From contig OZ025803.1 in assembly GCA_964019425.1 (NCBI GenBank), positions 248,001 through 312,000 on the forward strand: 64,000 nt of DNA, written 5' to 3'. The DNA comes from Flectonema sp. DT1601. Its lineage: Eukaryota. The notes below the pieces were generated by a model. That model worked only from the letters and a program-made list of their open reading frames with translations, was not told the origin of the DNA and made no database searches. Position numbers and translations under genes: made by a program. Positions 21,533-32,300 of this stretch are shown in pieces (within the stretch, counting starts at the first letter, position 1; the number at the start of each line of letters is the position of its first letter).

Positions 21533-24500
21533 ATGAGTACGGAGAGTGATGGAGAACATAAATCATCCACAACAAATAATGCTTTCTCTATGTCGATATT
21601 GTCAGTGACTCATCACATATGTGAATCAAATGAAACTCTTGGTGATGTTGTCAAAAGTGGTTTCATTTATCGAGGAGACGAATCTAGTCTGTCTCGATCA
21701 CTATTAGAAATAAAACAACGACCAATTAGTAGAATACCTGTTGTACGGATATTTGGAAGAGAGCACAAGGAACATAAAAGCTGCACTGCACATGTCCATG
21801 GTATTCTACCAGAGCTTTATATTCCTTGGCCGAGAGACTGGACTGGTTCATCTCCGTCAGAAGTTGACTTAAAATTATTGCAAGTCGGGGCGTCGATTGA
21901 GGCTCATCCGGTTCTTGGTACTCCTCCCATTGTGTTTGGGTGTTTTTTAGTAAAGGGAATTCCGTTTTTTGGTTATCATCCAACACCACGACACTTTATA
22001 AAGATCCTACTACTCAACCCTTCATACACTCCGAGAGTTGTTGGGATACTAAGCGGAACAAAGACTGTTCTGGGGAGACGTCATCAGCCATACAACGCTC
22101 ACTTCCCATTTGATATGCAAGTGATGTTAACACTCGGGATTACTGGAATGGGTGATATGACTCTACTCAAATATCATCATAAACAACCGAAGTTAGCTGA
22201 GACATACTACTCAGTGTCAATATCGAGGAATGATATCGTTCCAGGTAGGAATACAGAAAAAGGTCTTCTCAGACAACGGAAATTAAACAACATCACACAA
22301 GATGACCTCCGCCGTCTTGATACTGGATTGTTAATTGATACGTTACATGGTGTTTGGTCAGCCTTGGAACCGAGTAGTGGATCTAATACGGGAGGAACAT
22401 CGATTAACCCGGCAGCTTTTTCTCAAGATCGAGATTACCGACCAGATGAAGGACCCGTTGAGAAGATGTTTAGAAATGTGTTGTCACAATTAAATCCGTC
22501 ACAGGCGTCTTTAGATAATTATCAAAGATATATTCCTGCTTCTGATCAACCTTTAAGAGAAGACAGTGATGCTGCTCATTGGTGTTATACTTCTTATGAT
22601 GTTATTATAAAAGATTATCAAAATCCTAACACAACACAATTCACTCCACTCGATGCCCATTCTGACAGCAGCAGTGATTCAAACAACGGAGATGAGTCGC
22701 CTTCTCGGATTTCAAGTACTTTAAAGGCAATGATTGATCTCCATGAAGCCATTCCAGATTCAGATACGAATTCAGAAGTTCAATCTCACGCAGATTCTAT
22801 CGACAGCGGTGACGTAGATTTACTGACGTCGATGGTCCCAAACGAATCACAACAATGTGATAGCCAACAACTCGGTAGTATTGTTGAATCACAACAAATG
22901 AATTGTGACGGCGGGTTATACGACTACAATACACTTATTAGTTCTGATGGGCTTCACTCAGTCGACAGAGACGTTGATTTATCAGTCAGCAGTCAGATAC
23001 CTCGCGATGGTGTCGGGAAAAGATTATTTTGTAACAGTGAATTTGAATCATCGACAGGTGTGATTTTGTGTGGTGATCTGCTAACTGATGGAGGGCTACC
23101 TGACCAGGAAGAGAAGAGTTGTAAAACAGTAATTGGACAAAGTCGTCAAGATGCTATTTCTGTAGACGACGGCAGCCACGTTTCTAACACTCCACCATCG
23201 GAACCCGACGAGTCTGGCGGAGATGTTTTTAGTACACCTCCTCTACAACAATGGAGTGATACGACTTCTTGTTTAAATACACCTCAAGTAGTTCCAGGTC
23301 GTATGGTTGATACTAATCCAGTCTTACAACAGTTACCAGTTGATACTCCAGCAAGTTCTGAGGAGTTATTTATATCACCTCCCACTGGTACAACACCTGA
23401 TGAGGTTTTATTTCCGACTCCCCTCGGAGGTGTTACACATCTGGATGGCTCTGAAGACCAACAGGAAATTCCTATATTCAACGAAACACCTGTACAGCAG
23501 CGACAGCGCACCAAGGCAGACGAGAGTGTGCCGCGTAGAGGTAACACTAAGCAGGCGGCTGCCTTGTCAACTACAAAGAAGCTGTTGGGGAGAAATATCA
23601 TTCAGGGAGATGTGATGCAACGTGAGGGGAAAGAAATACACAAAGATACCAAATCCTTAGCCCCTCGACCTGTCCCCAGTGAAAAAATGAAACTCGCAGT
23701 ACTGGAAGCGTTAGCCGCAACTAAACTTCGGCAGGGCGTGAGTGTGAATTCCAACCAGCTTCGTTCTACTTCCAGCAAGTTTCAAAGCAAACAGACGGAA
23801 TCGATTAGGGACACGGCAAGGGAACAATTGTCGATTGTTAAACAGTTTCAAGGACAGGGCAAGTCTACAAAACCCAATTCCAAAGAAACAGCAGCTTCTA
23901 AGAAGGACCAGCCAACGGAGCAACCTAAGGCTTTCAAGCCTCCCTCACGCAAACAGGAAGCAACTTACAAAGACCTGAAGACATCAACAGGAACACGACA
24001 GCAGTCCGCTTCCGGAGCTGCGGTTCGTAACAAAGAAACGACGGCTTCTAAAAAAGATCAGCCGATTGAGCAATTGGAGGCCTTGAGACCTCCATCAAAT
24101 AAAGCATCAAAAAAAGAATCAGTTTCCCGCACTGATATTCTTACGGATCAATTGAAGGCAACAAGAAAGTCTGCTTTCTGCAAAGATCAAATTCCAGACT
24201 CAACCGTGACCAGTACGAAGTTAAAAGAGCAACAGGCTGACATGTTAATCAGAACTCGAGTTCGAAACAACGAAACAACGTTTTCATCAAAGAAAGATCC
24301 ATCAATAGAACAACTGAAGGCTTCGAGGCCTCCCTTGAGACCTCCAGCAAGCAAAACTTCACATGAACAGAATAAGGAAGCAACGACTTCTTCTACGACA
24401 GCATCCGGTGATCGTAAGAAGAAGACCTCTTCTCTATTTAAGTCCCCAACAACTAACGTAAAGTATAAACACAGCCTTATAGAGAAACAAGGACACCTCG

Positions 24501-27500
24501 CTCTAAAGGTTAGAAAGGTTGACGAATCAACACCACGAAAACGAAGCACTCCAGACCCTCTGAGAGTAATGGAACCTTCTTCAGACACCACAGATTTAAA
24601 TGTTGAGAGCAAAGCCGGCCGACTGCTGTTTGCGAAACATTGCAGCCCAGACAAGTCAGAATCCATTTCTTCGATATTCGCGAACACTGCAGAGTCACCC
24701 AGCAAGGGAGGCGGAACGATGAGGTCTCCTGTGAGATCAAACAGTAACAAGGATTCACCAAACAAAGGACTAAAGTGTGACTCTCCTTCCCACAACAGGA
24801 AGGATAAAGACAGTACGACCCCTTCTCTATTCGCCAACACTGGGGAGTCAGGCAAAGGTAGCAGAGATTCTCCAGTCCGACTGCTTAAAACAAAGTCTCC
24901 AATTCATACCTCCAGTGAGAAGGATTACAGTGGATTGATGTGGTCTACTGGGAGATCTGTTCCTTCATTATTCGAAAATACTGGAGACGTATCTAACAAG
25001 ATAGGAATGATTAACTCCCCAAACAGGGTATCTTCATTAGTAAGAAATATTAATTCAAAAAGTGTATCTCCTGACAACGTTAAGAGATCTCAGGTCAAAG
25101 GATCCATTCCTGTATTCACAAAAGGAACAGAAGAATCATACGGAAAGGAAACACCAAAACACCCAAACAGTAAGAAGGAAGCTGAAAGTGTTCTGTTCGA
25201 TGACCTGATGAGCTCAACAGCATCAGATGCTGTGGAGTTGTTTGAAGAATCCTCCACAAAAAATACTTCAAAAAGATCTCAACCAGAATCATCAATAGAG
25301 TTGAAGAGAGTGAAGTGCAGCTCACCAGAGCTACGTCGAGTTCGGTTTGCTGCACCAAAACAAACATCACATAATTCCAAACAAGAGAAGCGTTTGCTAC
25401 AACTTGGACCTGCTCCACTAAATATTAAACGAGGAAAATATGAAATTATAGAACAGTCTTTGTGTACTCCAATTCCAATCATTCCACTTGTTGATCATAA
25501 CAGTCAATCACAAAACGCGTCAACTGCGACGACAGATTGCTCACCCGAACTATTTGATGCGTCTCCTTACGCAGAACCAACTGCAGTTATTACTCGGATT
25601 CCACCTTCGAATGTTGAGGATCTAAATCAGATTCGGATTCCTTTAAATATCAACGAGACAAATGAACTTCCTTCTCAACCTTCTCAGGGATCTGATGCTA
25701 GCAGAGGACCAGTCCAGTTGGACTTTGATGAAAGTTCATCGAAGCGTTTAGTGGAAGTTAATAATAAACCTGTTGACATGAAAGAAGGAGTCTTACCATC
25801 TCAGGGATCTGATGTGAGTAGAGGACCGATGCAGCTGGACTTCGATGAGAACTCATCGAAATACCCGAATATTAGCAGCAGTAAATCAGTTGCCCAGTCT
25901 CTGGTGCTGCTGGATGATACTAAATCCCATTTTCAAACTGCGATAACTTCGCAAGGATCTGACACAAGTAGAGGACCTATTCAGCTTGACTTTGACGGGA
26001 GCTCATCGAAGCGTTCTCATGTAGAAGTTAATAAAACTGTTGACCTGAAGGAGGGGACTGTACCTTCTCAGGGATCTGATGTGAGTAGAGGACCAGTTCA
26101 GCTGGACTTCGATGAGAACTCAAATAATATAAATATCGAGACAGCTGATGAATATCAGATCATGAATGATAATTCTATTCAATATTCTCAATCTGTGCAG
26201 CCACCTGAAGATCTCAAATCCTCCCCCACGGACTTGTTAATGCTGAGTGACAGTTCTATTAATCTGACTGCGGATAGCTCAGCAACTATTCCAGACCAGA
26301 GTGACATCATTGCGTGTGAACCGAATCTTGCGGATCAAACTCTTAAAAATGCATCACCCAGCGGAGTAGCATTGAAAGGACAACAGCTAAGTAGTGATCA
26401 GAATGTTCAGCAGACTTCTTTAATTAATAAATCAATTGATGTGCAGTCGCTTGAGATGCCTCCACCACCTGTTGTAAGACTGGAAGGATCAGACTGCAGC
26501 GTTGTTTTGACTTCTCCGATCAACGTTGATGACTCACCTGGAGGTAGAATCTTAAGACAGGAATCAGGAAAACAATCTGACAAGTCTCCTTCTGCACGTA
26601 TCTCTGTCGGAGGGGATTCACTGATTTGTGTGAGCGACTCACCGTCTAGAAACACTTCAGCAAAACTGTTTAGGAATAATGCAACACATTCATCTGATAT
26701 TGTGATGGATTCATCGACTTCTGTTGGTAGCTCACCTTCGAAGAATATTATTTCTATTTCAACAGGAAGACGATGTGATAGTACTGCCGTACAGCAAACC
26801 ATTATATCAAATCCTATAAAATCACAATACAAGACTCGCAGTAATCTAGTGCAGGACTCACCTGAAAAAAGAAGCGTCAGCTTCTCCGCTGCTGTTAATA
26901 TTAAAGCTGCGGAGTGGTCTTGTAATGTTGGGATGGCTACTGCTGCTGATTCCCCGGCATCGAAACTACAAAGCGCCTTACGGGGGAGTAATAAAACAGT
27001 GACACCAACGAGAAGTATTGTGCGATTTGAAGTAGAAAAACCAAAAAGATCAAAACTTCGTACAATTCATGGATGCTCTCATCTAAAGTCGACGACACCA
27101 CCTCCGTTGTATGCGGAGCTGTTGCAGTCTTTAGATAATGAACCCCATCAAATGGCAGCTGTTCAGGAAGTAGTTGGTGACCACACAGCAGAGTTTCTTC
27201 ATTCGTCAAATCTGCGATACCGACCCATCGCGAAACCTCCAACGATGAAACAGCTACTGAAGTCTGGTTTTGAGACTACCAAGGGCAAGAAAAGCTGCAT
27301 CTTAAGTAATCTTACACAGCCCACTGCTATGTTTTTAAAAAGTCCTATAAATGCAGGCAGGGTTAAAAACAACAAAGGATTACTGAAGGGTGAATTACCA
27401 ACTCTGATTACGTGTTGTTTGGATGTGGTTGCTGACACTGGTGATTCAGACTTCCCAGATCCAAAAAAGAATGAAATATTATCGCTAGCGATGTGTGTTC

Positions 27501-29965
27501 ATAATAGTGCTGACTTGACTGATACGTCGGATGATGTTATCCATTTGATTGTAATGGAGAAGTGTTTACCACTTCCATCGTTAGCTCACGGAGTTAACCT
27601 TCACACTGTTGAGTCTGAACAGGTTCTAGTGATCACTTCTCTTCGATTACTATCAGCAATTGATCCTGATATCTTAATGGGATGGGACCTTCAGAGGTTT
27701 AGTTTTGGTTACCTAAACACACGAGCTCTACTTTATAATATTAACATCTCTGAAGCCTTGGGCAGAGTCCCTCCTGAAAACATCAGACGAGATATCAAAA
27801 AAAGAATCGACTCGGAATCGAACTCAGTTATAAAAGTGTTCGGTAGAGTGACGATGAACTGCTGGAGGACAATGAGAAGTGAGTTGAGACTGGCTTCGGA
27901 TACGTTGCAGGCAGCTGTGAAGAATGCCTTAGGTAAATCAATACCGAAATTTTCACACAAACGATTAAGTATGTGGCACACTCATTCAAATGGACATAAA
28001 AGGTCTTTTGCAGTAAATAATCTGATCAGCACTATTGTTCTGACGAGTAAAGTCTGCTGTCATCTCGACACCATTAACAGAACAGTCGAGTTAGCCAGAC
28101 TGTACGGAATTCAATTTACTGAAATATTAACACGTGGTTCCCAGTTTAGGGTTGAGAATATGTTCGTAAGACTTGCAAAACCACTAAATTACCTAATGAT
28201 ATCACCGTCACGACAGATGGTCGAACAACAAAATCGTCAAGAAGGAGTTCCCTTTGTCATGGAACCTCATTCTAACTACTACACAGATCCTGTCATCGTG
28301 TTGGATTTTCGTTCTTTGTATCCCAGTATAGTTATTGCTTATAATTTGTGTTACTCTACTTGTGTTGGAAAAATATCGTCGTCGAGGAGGAAGCGGATCG
28401 GACCAGTCGAGAACTACAACATTCCTAAGGAATACCTCAATTCAAAAACGCAAAAAAACGAAACATTCATCGCCCCAAACAGCTGCGGCTACATAAAACC
28501 TTCCGTAAGAAGAGGACTGTTTCCTCGTATGTTGGCTGAGATATTGGGAACGAGATTCGCTGTTCAAGAAGCCCTGAAACAGGCTAGATCTGAGGGAGAT
28601 GTAGTTACAGCCAGTATTTTAAATGCTAGGCAAATCGGATTAAAAATGATAGCCAACGTCACATACGGATACACCGCAGCTACTATGTCAGGAAGAATGC
28701 CCTGCAGTGATATAGCTGATTCGATTGTTCTCTTAGCCAGGCAAACTCTCGAAAGAATAATAAAAGACGTGGAAGCCAACCCTACTTGGCATGCGAAGGT
28801 CATATATGGAGACACGGATTCTTTGTTTGTGTGTTTGCCGGGATCAACTCTGGAGCGTGCCTTTGACGTGGGTCGACAAATTGTCGAACACGCATCTGCC
28901 ACAAACCCCAGCCCTGTAAAATTAAAATTAGAAAAAGTCTACAAGCCTTGCATCATGGTAACAAAGAAACGATATGTTGGAAACTCATATGAAACTCTCC
29001 ATTCGGAACCAAAATTCGATGCAAAGGGACTTGAATGTGTTCGTAGAGACCAGTGTAAGACAACTAGTAAAGTTCAAGAGGCAGCTATTCGGAAATTATT
29101 TGAAACCAACTCACTTTCTAAAGTCAGAGAATATGTTCAGCATCAGCTTCGAAAGATTCAAGTTGGAAACATCAACAGCCATGATCTAATCCTTCGACAG
29201 GAAGTAAAACTTGGAACATACGCCAACCCCAGTCAACTACCTCCATCAGCGACGGTTGCTAGAGAAATGATTAAGATCGATCCCCTGTCAGAACCACTGT
29301 TTAACGAGCGAGTTCCATATTTAGTTGCGAATTCAAAAGTCGTGCGGCTCAGTGACATGGTTGTTCATCCTCTCGCATTATTGAGTCAGAAAATTCCGTC
29401 AATCACAATAAACGCGACGTACTACATAACAAAACAAGTCTGCCCACCTCTTGATAGAGTTCTTAGTCTTGCTGGTGGTAAAGTAGGAGAGTGGTTAATA
29501 ACACTTCCAAGATCTCGTCAACAAGGAGTTGCTAATAATATTGTTAAGTCAGTTGGGTCAGTTTCTCTGATGTTTCAAATGCAGGGAAATGGTGAAGATG
29601 ACACTCAGGAAATTCTAAAGTGTGCCAGCAGACCTAAAGCCTGTACTTCTGCCAGCGGTACCCTCCATGACTACGTTGCTACAACTTTGTGTGTCGTGTG
29701 TCGGAGTGAAAAATCTCCAACCGCACGTCCAATCTGCACGTCGTGTTCATCAACACCGACCTCTTCGAAGATGATATCTGCCTCTCGTAAATGTGCTGCC
29801 ATTCGTGAGATGAATGAAATTAATTTGACTTGCAGCCAATGTGCTCAAACAGAAGATATTTCTATTTTAAGTTTCTGTTCTTCAATGGATTGCACAGTAC
29901 CTTGGAGAAGACAACGCGCTCAGCTAAACCTCACTGCTGCGCAAGGGGCTTTAGAACTCTGGTGA
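21533..29965 (+). CDS. REV3: DNA polymerase zeta catalytic subunit
   Basis: N-terminal PVVRIFG..HVHGILP..KGIPFFGYH; TRGSQFRVE; LDFRSLYPSIVIAYNLCYST; KMIANVTYGYTAATMSGRMPC; YGDTDSLF; C-terminal CysA and CysB clusters. Confidence 0.96.
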   Translation: MSTESDGEHKSSTTNNAFSMSILSVTHHICESNETLGDVVKSGFIYRGDESSLSRSLLEIKQRPISRIPVVRIFGREHKEHKSCTAHVHGILPELYIPWPRDWTGSSPSEVDLKLLQVGASIEAHPVLGTPPIVFGCFLVKGIPFFGYHPTPRHFIKILLLNPSYTPRVVGILSGTKTVLGRRHQPYNAHFPFDMQVMLTLGITGMGDMTLLKYHHKQPKLAETYYSVSISRNDIVPGRNTEKGLLRQRKLNNITQDDLRRLDTGLLIDTLHGVWSALEPSSGSNTGGTSINPAAFSQDRDYRPDEGPVEKMFRNVLSQLNPSQASLDNYQRYIPASDQPLREDSDAAHWCYTSYDVIIKDYQNPNTTQFTPLDAHSDSSSDSNNGDESPSRISSTLKAMIDLHEAIPDSDTNSEVQSHADSIDSGDVDLLTSMVPNESQQCDSQQLGSIVESQQMNCDGGLYDYNTLISSDGLHSVDRDVDLSVSSQIPRDGVGKRLFCNSEFESSTGVILCGDLLTDGGLPDQEEKSCKTVIGQSRQDAISVDDGSHVSNTPPSEPDESGGDVFSTPPLQQWSDTTSCLNTPQVVPGRMVDTNPVLQQLPVDTPASSEELFISPPTGTTPDEVLFPTPLGGVTHLDGSEDQQEIPIFNETPVQQRQRTKADESVPRRGNTKQAAALSTTKKLLGRNIIQGDVMQREGKEIHKDTKSLAPRPVPSEKMKLAVLEALAATKLRQGVSVNSNQLRSTSSKFQSKQTESIRDTAREQLSIVKQFQGQGKSTKPNSKETAASKKDQPTEQPKAFKPPSRKQEATYKDLKTSTGTRQQSASGAAVRNKETTASKKDQPIEQLEALRPPSNKASKKESVSRTDILTDQLKATRKSAFCKDQIPDSTVTSTKLKEQQADMLIRTRVRNNETTFSSKKDPSIEQLKASRPPLRPPASKTSHEQNKEATTSSTTASGDRKKKTSSLFKSPTTNVKYKHSLIEKQGHLALKVRKVDESTPRKRSTPDPLRVMEPSSDTTDLNVESKAGRLLFAKHCSPDKSESISSIFANTAESPSKGGGTMRSPVRSNSNKDSPNKGLKCDSPSHNRKDKDSTTPSLFANTGESGKGSRDSPVRLLKTKSPIHTSSEKDYSGLMWSTGRSVPSLFENTGDVSNKIGMINSPNRVSSLVRNINSKSVSPDNVKRSQVKGSIPVFTKGTEESYGKETPKHPNSKKEAESVLFDDLMSSTASDAVELFEESSTKNTSKRSQPESSIELKRVKCSSPELRRVRFAAPKQTSHNSKQEKRLLQLGPAPLNIKRGKYEIIEQSLCTPIPIIPLVDHNSQSQNASTATTDCSPELFDASPYAEPTAVITRIPPSNVEDLNQIRIPLNINETNELPSQPSQGSDASRGPVQLDFDESSSKRLVEVNNKPVDMKEGVLPSQGSDVSRGPMQLDFDENSSKYPNISSSKSVAQSLVLLDDTKSHFQTAITSQGSDTSRGPIQLDFDGSSSKRSHVEVNKTVDLKEGTVPSQGSDVSRGPVQLDFDENSNNINIETADEYQIMNDNSIQYSQSVQPPEDLKSSPTDLLMLSDSSINLTADSSATIPDQSDIIACEPNLADQTLKNASPSGVALKGQQLSSDQNVQQTSLINKSIDVQSLEMPPPPVVRLEGSDCSVVLTSPINVDDSPGGRILRQESGKQSDKSPSARISVGGDSLICVSDSPSRNTSAKLFRNNATHSSDIVMDSSTSVGSSPSKNIISISTGRRCDSTAVQQTIISNPIKSQYKTRSNLVQDSPEKRSVSFSAAVNIKAAEWSCNVGMATAADSPASKLQSALRGSNKTVTPTRSIVRFEVEKPKRSKLRTIHGCSHLKSTTPPPLYAELLQSLDNEPHQMAAVQEVVGDHTAEFLHSSNLRYRPIAKPPTMKQLLKSGFETTKGKKSCILSNLTQPTAMFLKSPINAGRVKNNKGLLKGELPTLITCCLDVVADTGDSDFPDPKKNEILSLAMCVHNSADLTDTSDDVIHLIVMEKCLPLPSLAHGVNLHTVESEQVLVITSLRLLSAIDPDILMGWDLQRFSFGYLNTRALLYNINISEALGRVPPENIRRDIKKRIDSESNSVIKVFGRVTMNCWRTMRSELRLASDTLQAAVKNALGKSIPKFSHKRLSMWHTHSNGHKRSFAVNNLISTIVLTSKVCCHLDTINRTVELARLYGIQFTEILTRGSQFRVENMFVRLAKPLNYLMISPSRQMVEQQNRQEGVPFVMEPHSNYYTDPVIVLDFRSLYPSIVIAYNLCYSTCVGKISSSRRKRIGPVENYNIPKEYLNSKTQKNETFIAPNSCGYIKPSVRRGLFPRMLAEILGTRFAVQEALKQARSEGDVVTASILNARQIGLKMIANVTYGYTAATMSGRMPCSDIADSIVLLARQTLERIIKDVEANPTWHAKVIYGDTDSLFVCLPGSTLERAFDVGRQIVEHASATNPSPVKLKLEKVYKPCIMVTKKRYVGNSYETLHSEPKFDAKGLECVRRDQCKTTSKVQEAAIRKLFETNSLSKVREYVQHQLRKIQVGNINSHDLILRQEVKLGTYANPSQLPPSATVAREMIKIDPLSEPLFNERVPYLVANSKVVRLSDMVVHPLALLSQKIPSITINATYYITKQVCPPLDRVLSLAGGKVGEWLITLPRSRQQGVANNIVKSVGSVSLMFQMQGNGEDDTQEILKCASRPKACTSASGTLHDYVATTLCVVCRSEKSPTARPICTSCSSTPTSSKMISASRKCAAIREMNEINLTCSQCAQTEDISILSFCSSMDCTVPWRRQRAQLNLTAAQGALELW
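25679..26122 (+). repeat. Four in-frame repeats within REV3 encoding SQGSDxSRGPxQLDFDxxS
   Basis: Copies start near 25679, 25796, 25946 and 26063, arranged as a duplicated pair. Confidence 0.9.
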
Positions 29966-30256
29966 ACTCACTATCCTCAACACGGTATACTAATGAGCAG
30001 TAAAATCAGCTTGTCACTGCTGGGTATCAGTTGCTGTAAAGTTATTGTTGTTAGATGTCCTTCTTTGACGCACTTTCTAACTGCTTGTTGTTGTTATTTA
30101 GTAATTGTGGTTTACTCTTTTTCAATTTGAACAGGAAAAAATACAAATGAGAGCTTCCGGCCATCTTTGTGAAGTATATTACCCCTCACGAGGATACTTG
30201 ATGATGTATTATGTGTTTTAAAAGTTTATTTCAAGAAGACAAGAACAATAGAAAAC

Positions 30257-31216
30257 ATGGGCAACACTGCCGTTGGGCTCCAAGAGGGAACACCTAAGTG
30301 CTCGAGCAAAATGTGCCCGACATGTGTAGCTACTGCTCAAGATACAATTATGAAAGCTGGAGGCGATGTGCAACTGAAATTGGAAGCAGTTAGAAAGATG
30401 TATTTGAGAAGAGGTGTTTGGGCGCATTGCGGTGACTGGGAGAAGGTAGCAGAGATCGAAAAGGAAATTGAAAAACTAGTCGACAGTGTCGTAGATGCGA
30501 TTGATGTCCTGCCACCGCAGCCTAAGCCCCCTCAAATACTACTGCCTCCGACATCTCCTGGTCTCGCTTTCCATTCACCCATTGCACAGAAAAGCAGCTT
30601 TGGTCAAAAGGGATTCAGTGACCTAAGAAGCAGCAGCTTCTCTAACAATAAATCACCAACTAAAGAACAACTAGGACTTCTCAATAGCTATTCGTGTAGA
30701 AATGTGTCCCCTTCTACTGAGTGTTTGACAGCTGGGTTCACAACTAGTGGTGACCTCAGCCCGTCTTCTTCGCCATCGGAAGTGTGTTTGCCTGGCAATC
30801 GATTGAGTAACAAGAAAAGTAGTTTTGGAAAAAACGTCAGTGCTGGTAATTGTGGTTTTGGTAGTAGTGGTGGTAGTGGAGTAAAGTCTAGGCCTACAAT
30901 GTTAGAACATGCCACTGTCGCTCCCACCTTCGCTGACATTACAGAAATCACGTGGGTGAGAGAAGAAGATGATGATTTTAGTAAGTCTCCTGCTGCTTCC
31001 AGTCCTCTTGAAAAAACTGCCCCCGTTGGAGGCTTCTCTGCTTCCTTCACTAACTTCGGTTGTCCTTCTCCAACTTTACGAAGTGAAAACATCTCATCTT
31101 TTGGAACCTTATCAAAAACAAGGCCTGTGAGTCCCTGCTTTCAAAACAGAACTCCTCCTACTTCTCTGGCTAGCAGATCATCTCCTCCGCCTGAAGACAA
31201 AGAAATTTTAAAGTAA
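30257..31216 (+). CDS. Hypothetical Ser/Pro-rich protein, possible N-myristoylation (MGNT)
   Basis: 319-aa ORF with N-terminal CxxxCxxC and a helical segment, then a low-complexity tail. Confidence 0.75.
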   Translation: MGNTAVGLQEGTPKCSSKMCPTCVATAQDTIMKAGGDVQLKLEAVRKMYLRRGVWAHCGDWEKVAEIEKEIEKLVDSVVDAIDVLPPQPKPPQILLPPTSPGLAFHSPIAQKSSFGQKGFSDLRSSSFSNNKSPTKEQLGLLNSYSCRNVSPSTECLTAGFTTSGDLSPSSSPSEVCLPGNRLSNKKSSFGKNVSAGNCGFGSSGGSGVKSRPTMLEHATVAPTFADITEITWVREEDDDFSKSPAASSPLEKTAPVGGFSASFTNFGCPSPTLRSENISSFGTLSKTRPVSPCFQNRTPPTSLASRSSPPPEDKEILK

Positions 31217-31791
31217 ATTGATAACCTGCATTTAACTTGTTATTTTCTTCGTCTGATTTCGCAAGGGTTGAGAACGTAAGCCTCAACATAGAAAACCTCA
31301 CAAGTGAAGTAATAAAGAAAAGGGTATTGTACCACCGTTAGCCAGTTGTTAATACTCTTTTCTTTCTTTCTTTTTTTTTTCTTTTTTCTTTTTAAATCCG
31401 GATATTTAGTCTTAAGGTACTGATTTAGTTACGGTCTGTTTTTTTTTCTTCTGGTTTTTGTAGCAAACATCCATTTACCTCCCCATCCACCCTTCCCATT
31501 CCCTCCCCCATCTTCCTACACTCAAAAAAAAAAAAAAATAGTGAAGTAAAAAAAGAAATATCAACTCAGCTGCTGTATCTTAAAAAAGTGAACTCCACGG
31601 ATACAGTTGTGAAGTTACTTTATTTTATTCTCTTAAGCATCTCAAAATGTTCCCTTTTTCTTTCACTTTCTCCCAAGTCTCAAAATCCGTTATTCGTTGG
31701 AAATCGATAACCCCAGACAACACTCAATAATTCTTTTTTTTGTTAGCAGTTTTTGTGGTGAAACGCCTATCTCTATTTTGGCCAGTTTAAG

Positions 31792-31823
<32 letters not shown>

Positions 31824-32099
31824 TATTAATAGAAAGGGTACTTTGTAACATCATCAGTATTACTAAATACATTCGTTTTGTATATTGCTTCGTCGAGGGG
31901 AGGGAGATAGAATAATGCTGTGTCTTTTTTTTTTTTTTTTTTTTTTTAAATTCTTTGTTTTATATTAGTATCTGAGGGGTCTTGTGGAGTCTCGCTAACT
32001 TACGTCTTTTAAGAAAAAAAACTCTACCGCAGGATAATAATAATGATAGCGACAGTACGAATGACACTTTTTTGAATGAAAGCATTCCGTACGAAGGAA

Positions 32100-32300
32100 G
32101 ACTACTCCGATGAAGGAGAAAACTCGCACTCGTTATAAAATAGACAGCAGTGGGAGGGATAGAAAGTGTTTTGTGGAACAGCAGAACAATGTCTTTTTAT
32201 ATAACTTTTTTTTTATATATATTATTATTTTGATTTTAGTGCACTATTCCCCTCATGCCCTATCTTATTATAAGCTCATATCCCAACTCACTGTCTGCCT
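32100..32300 (+). repeat. Dispersed repeat family R3, internally shortened copy
   Basis: CTCCGATGAAGGAGAA..CTCGCACTCGTT and GGAACAGCAGAACAAT..TTTTGATTTTA are shared with 46126-46440. Parts also occur at 36045-36170 and 61972-62105. Confidence 0.75.

Noticed and set aside
32105..32130. CCGATGA..GAAA as a hammerhead ribozyme core
   Set aside because: The core must be CTGANGA with three stems, which are not present.
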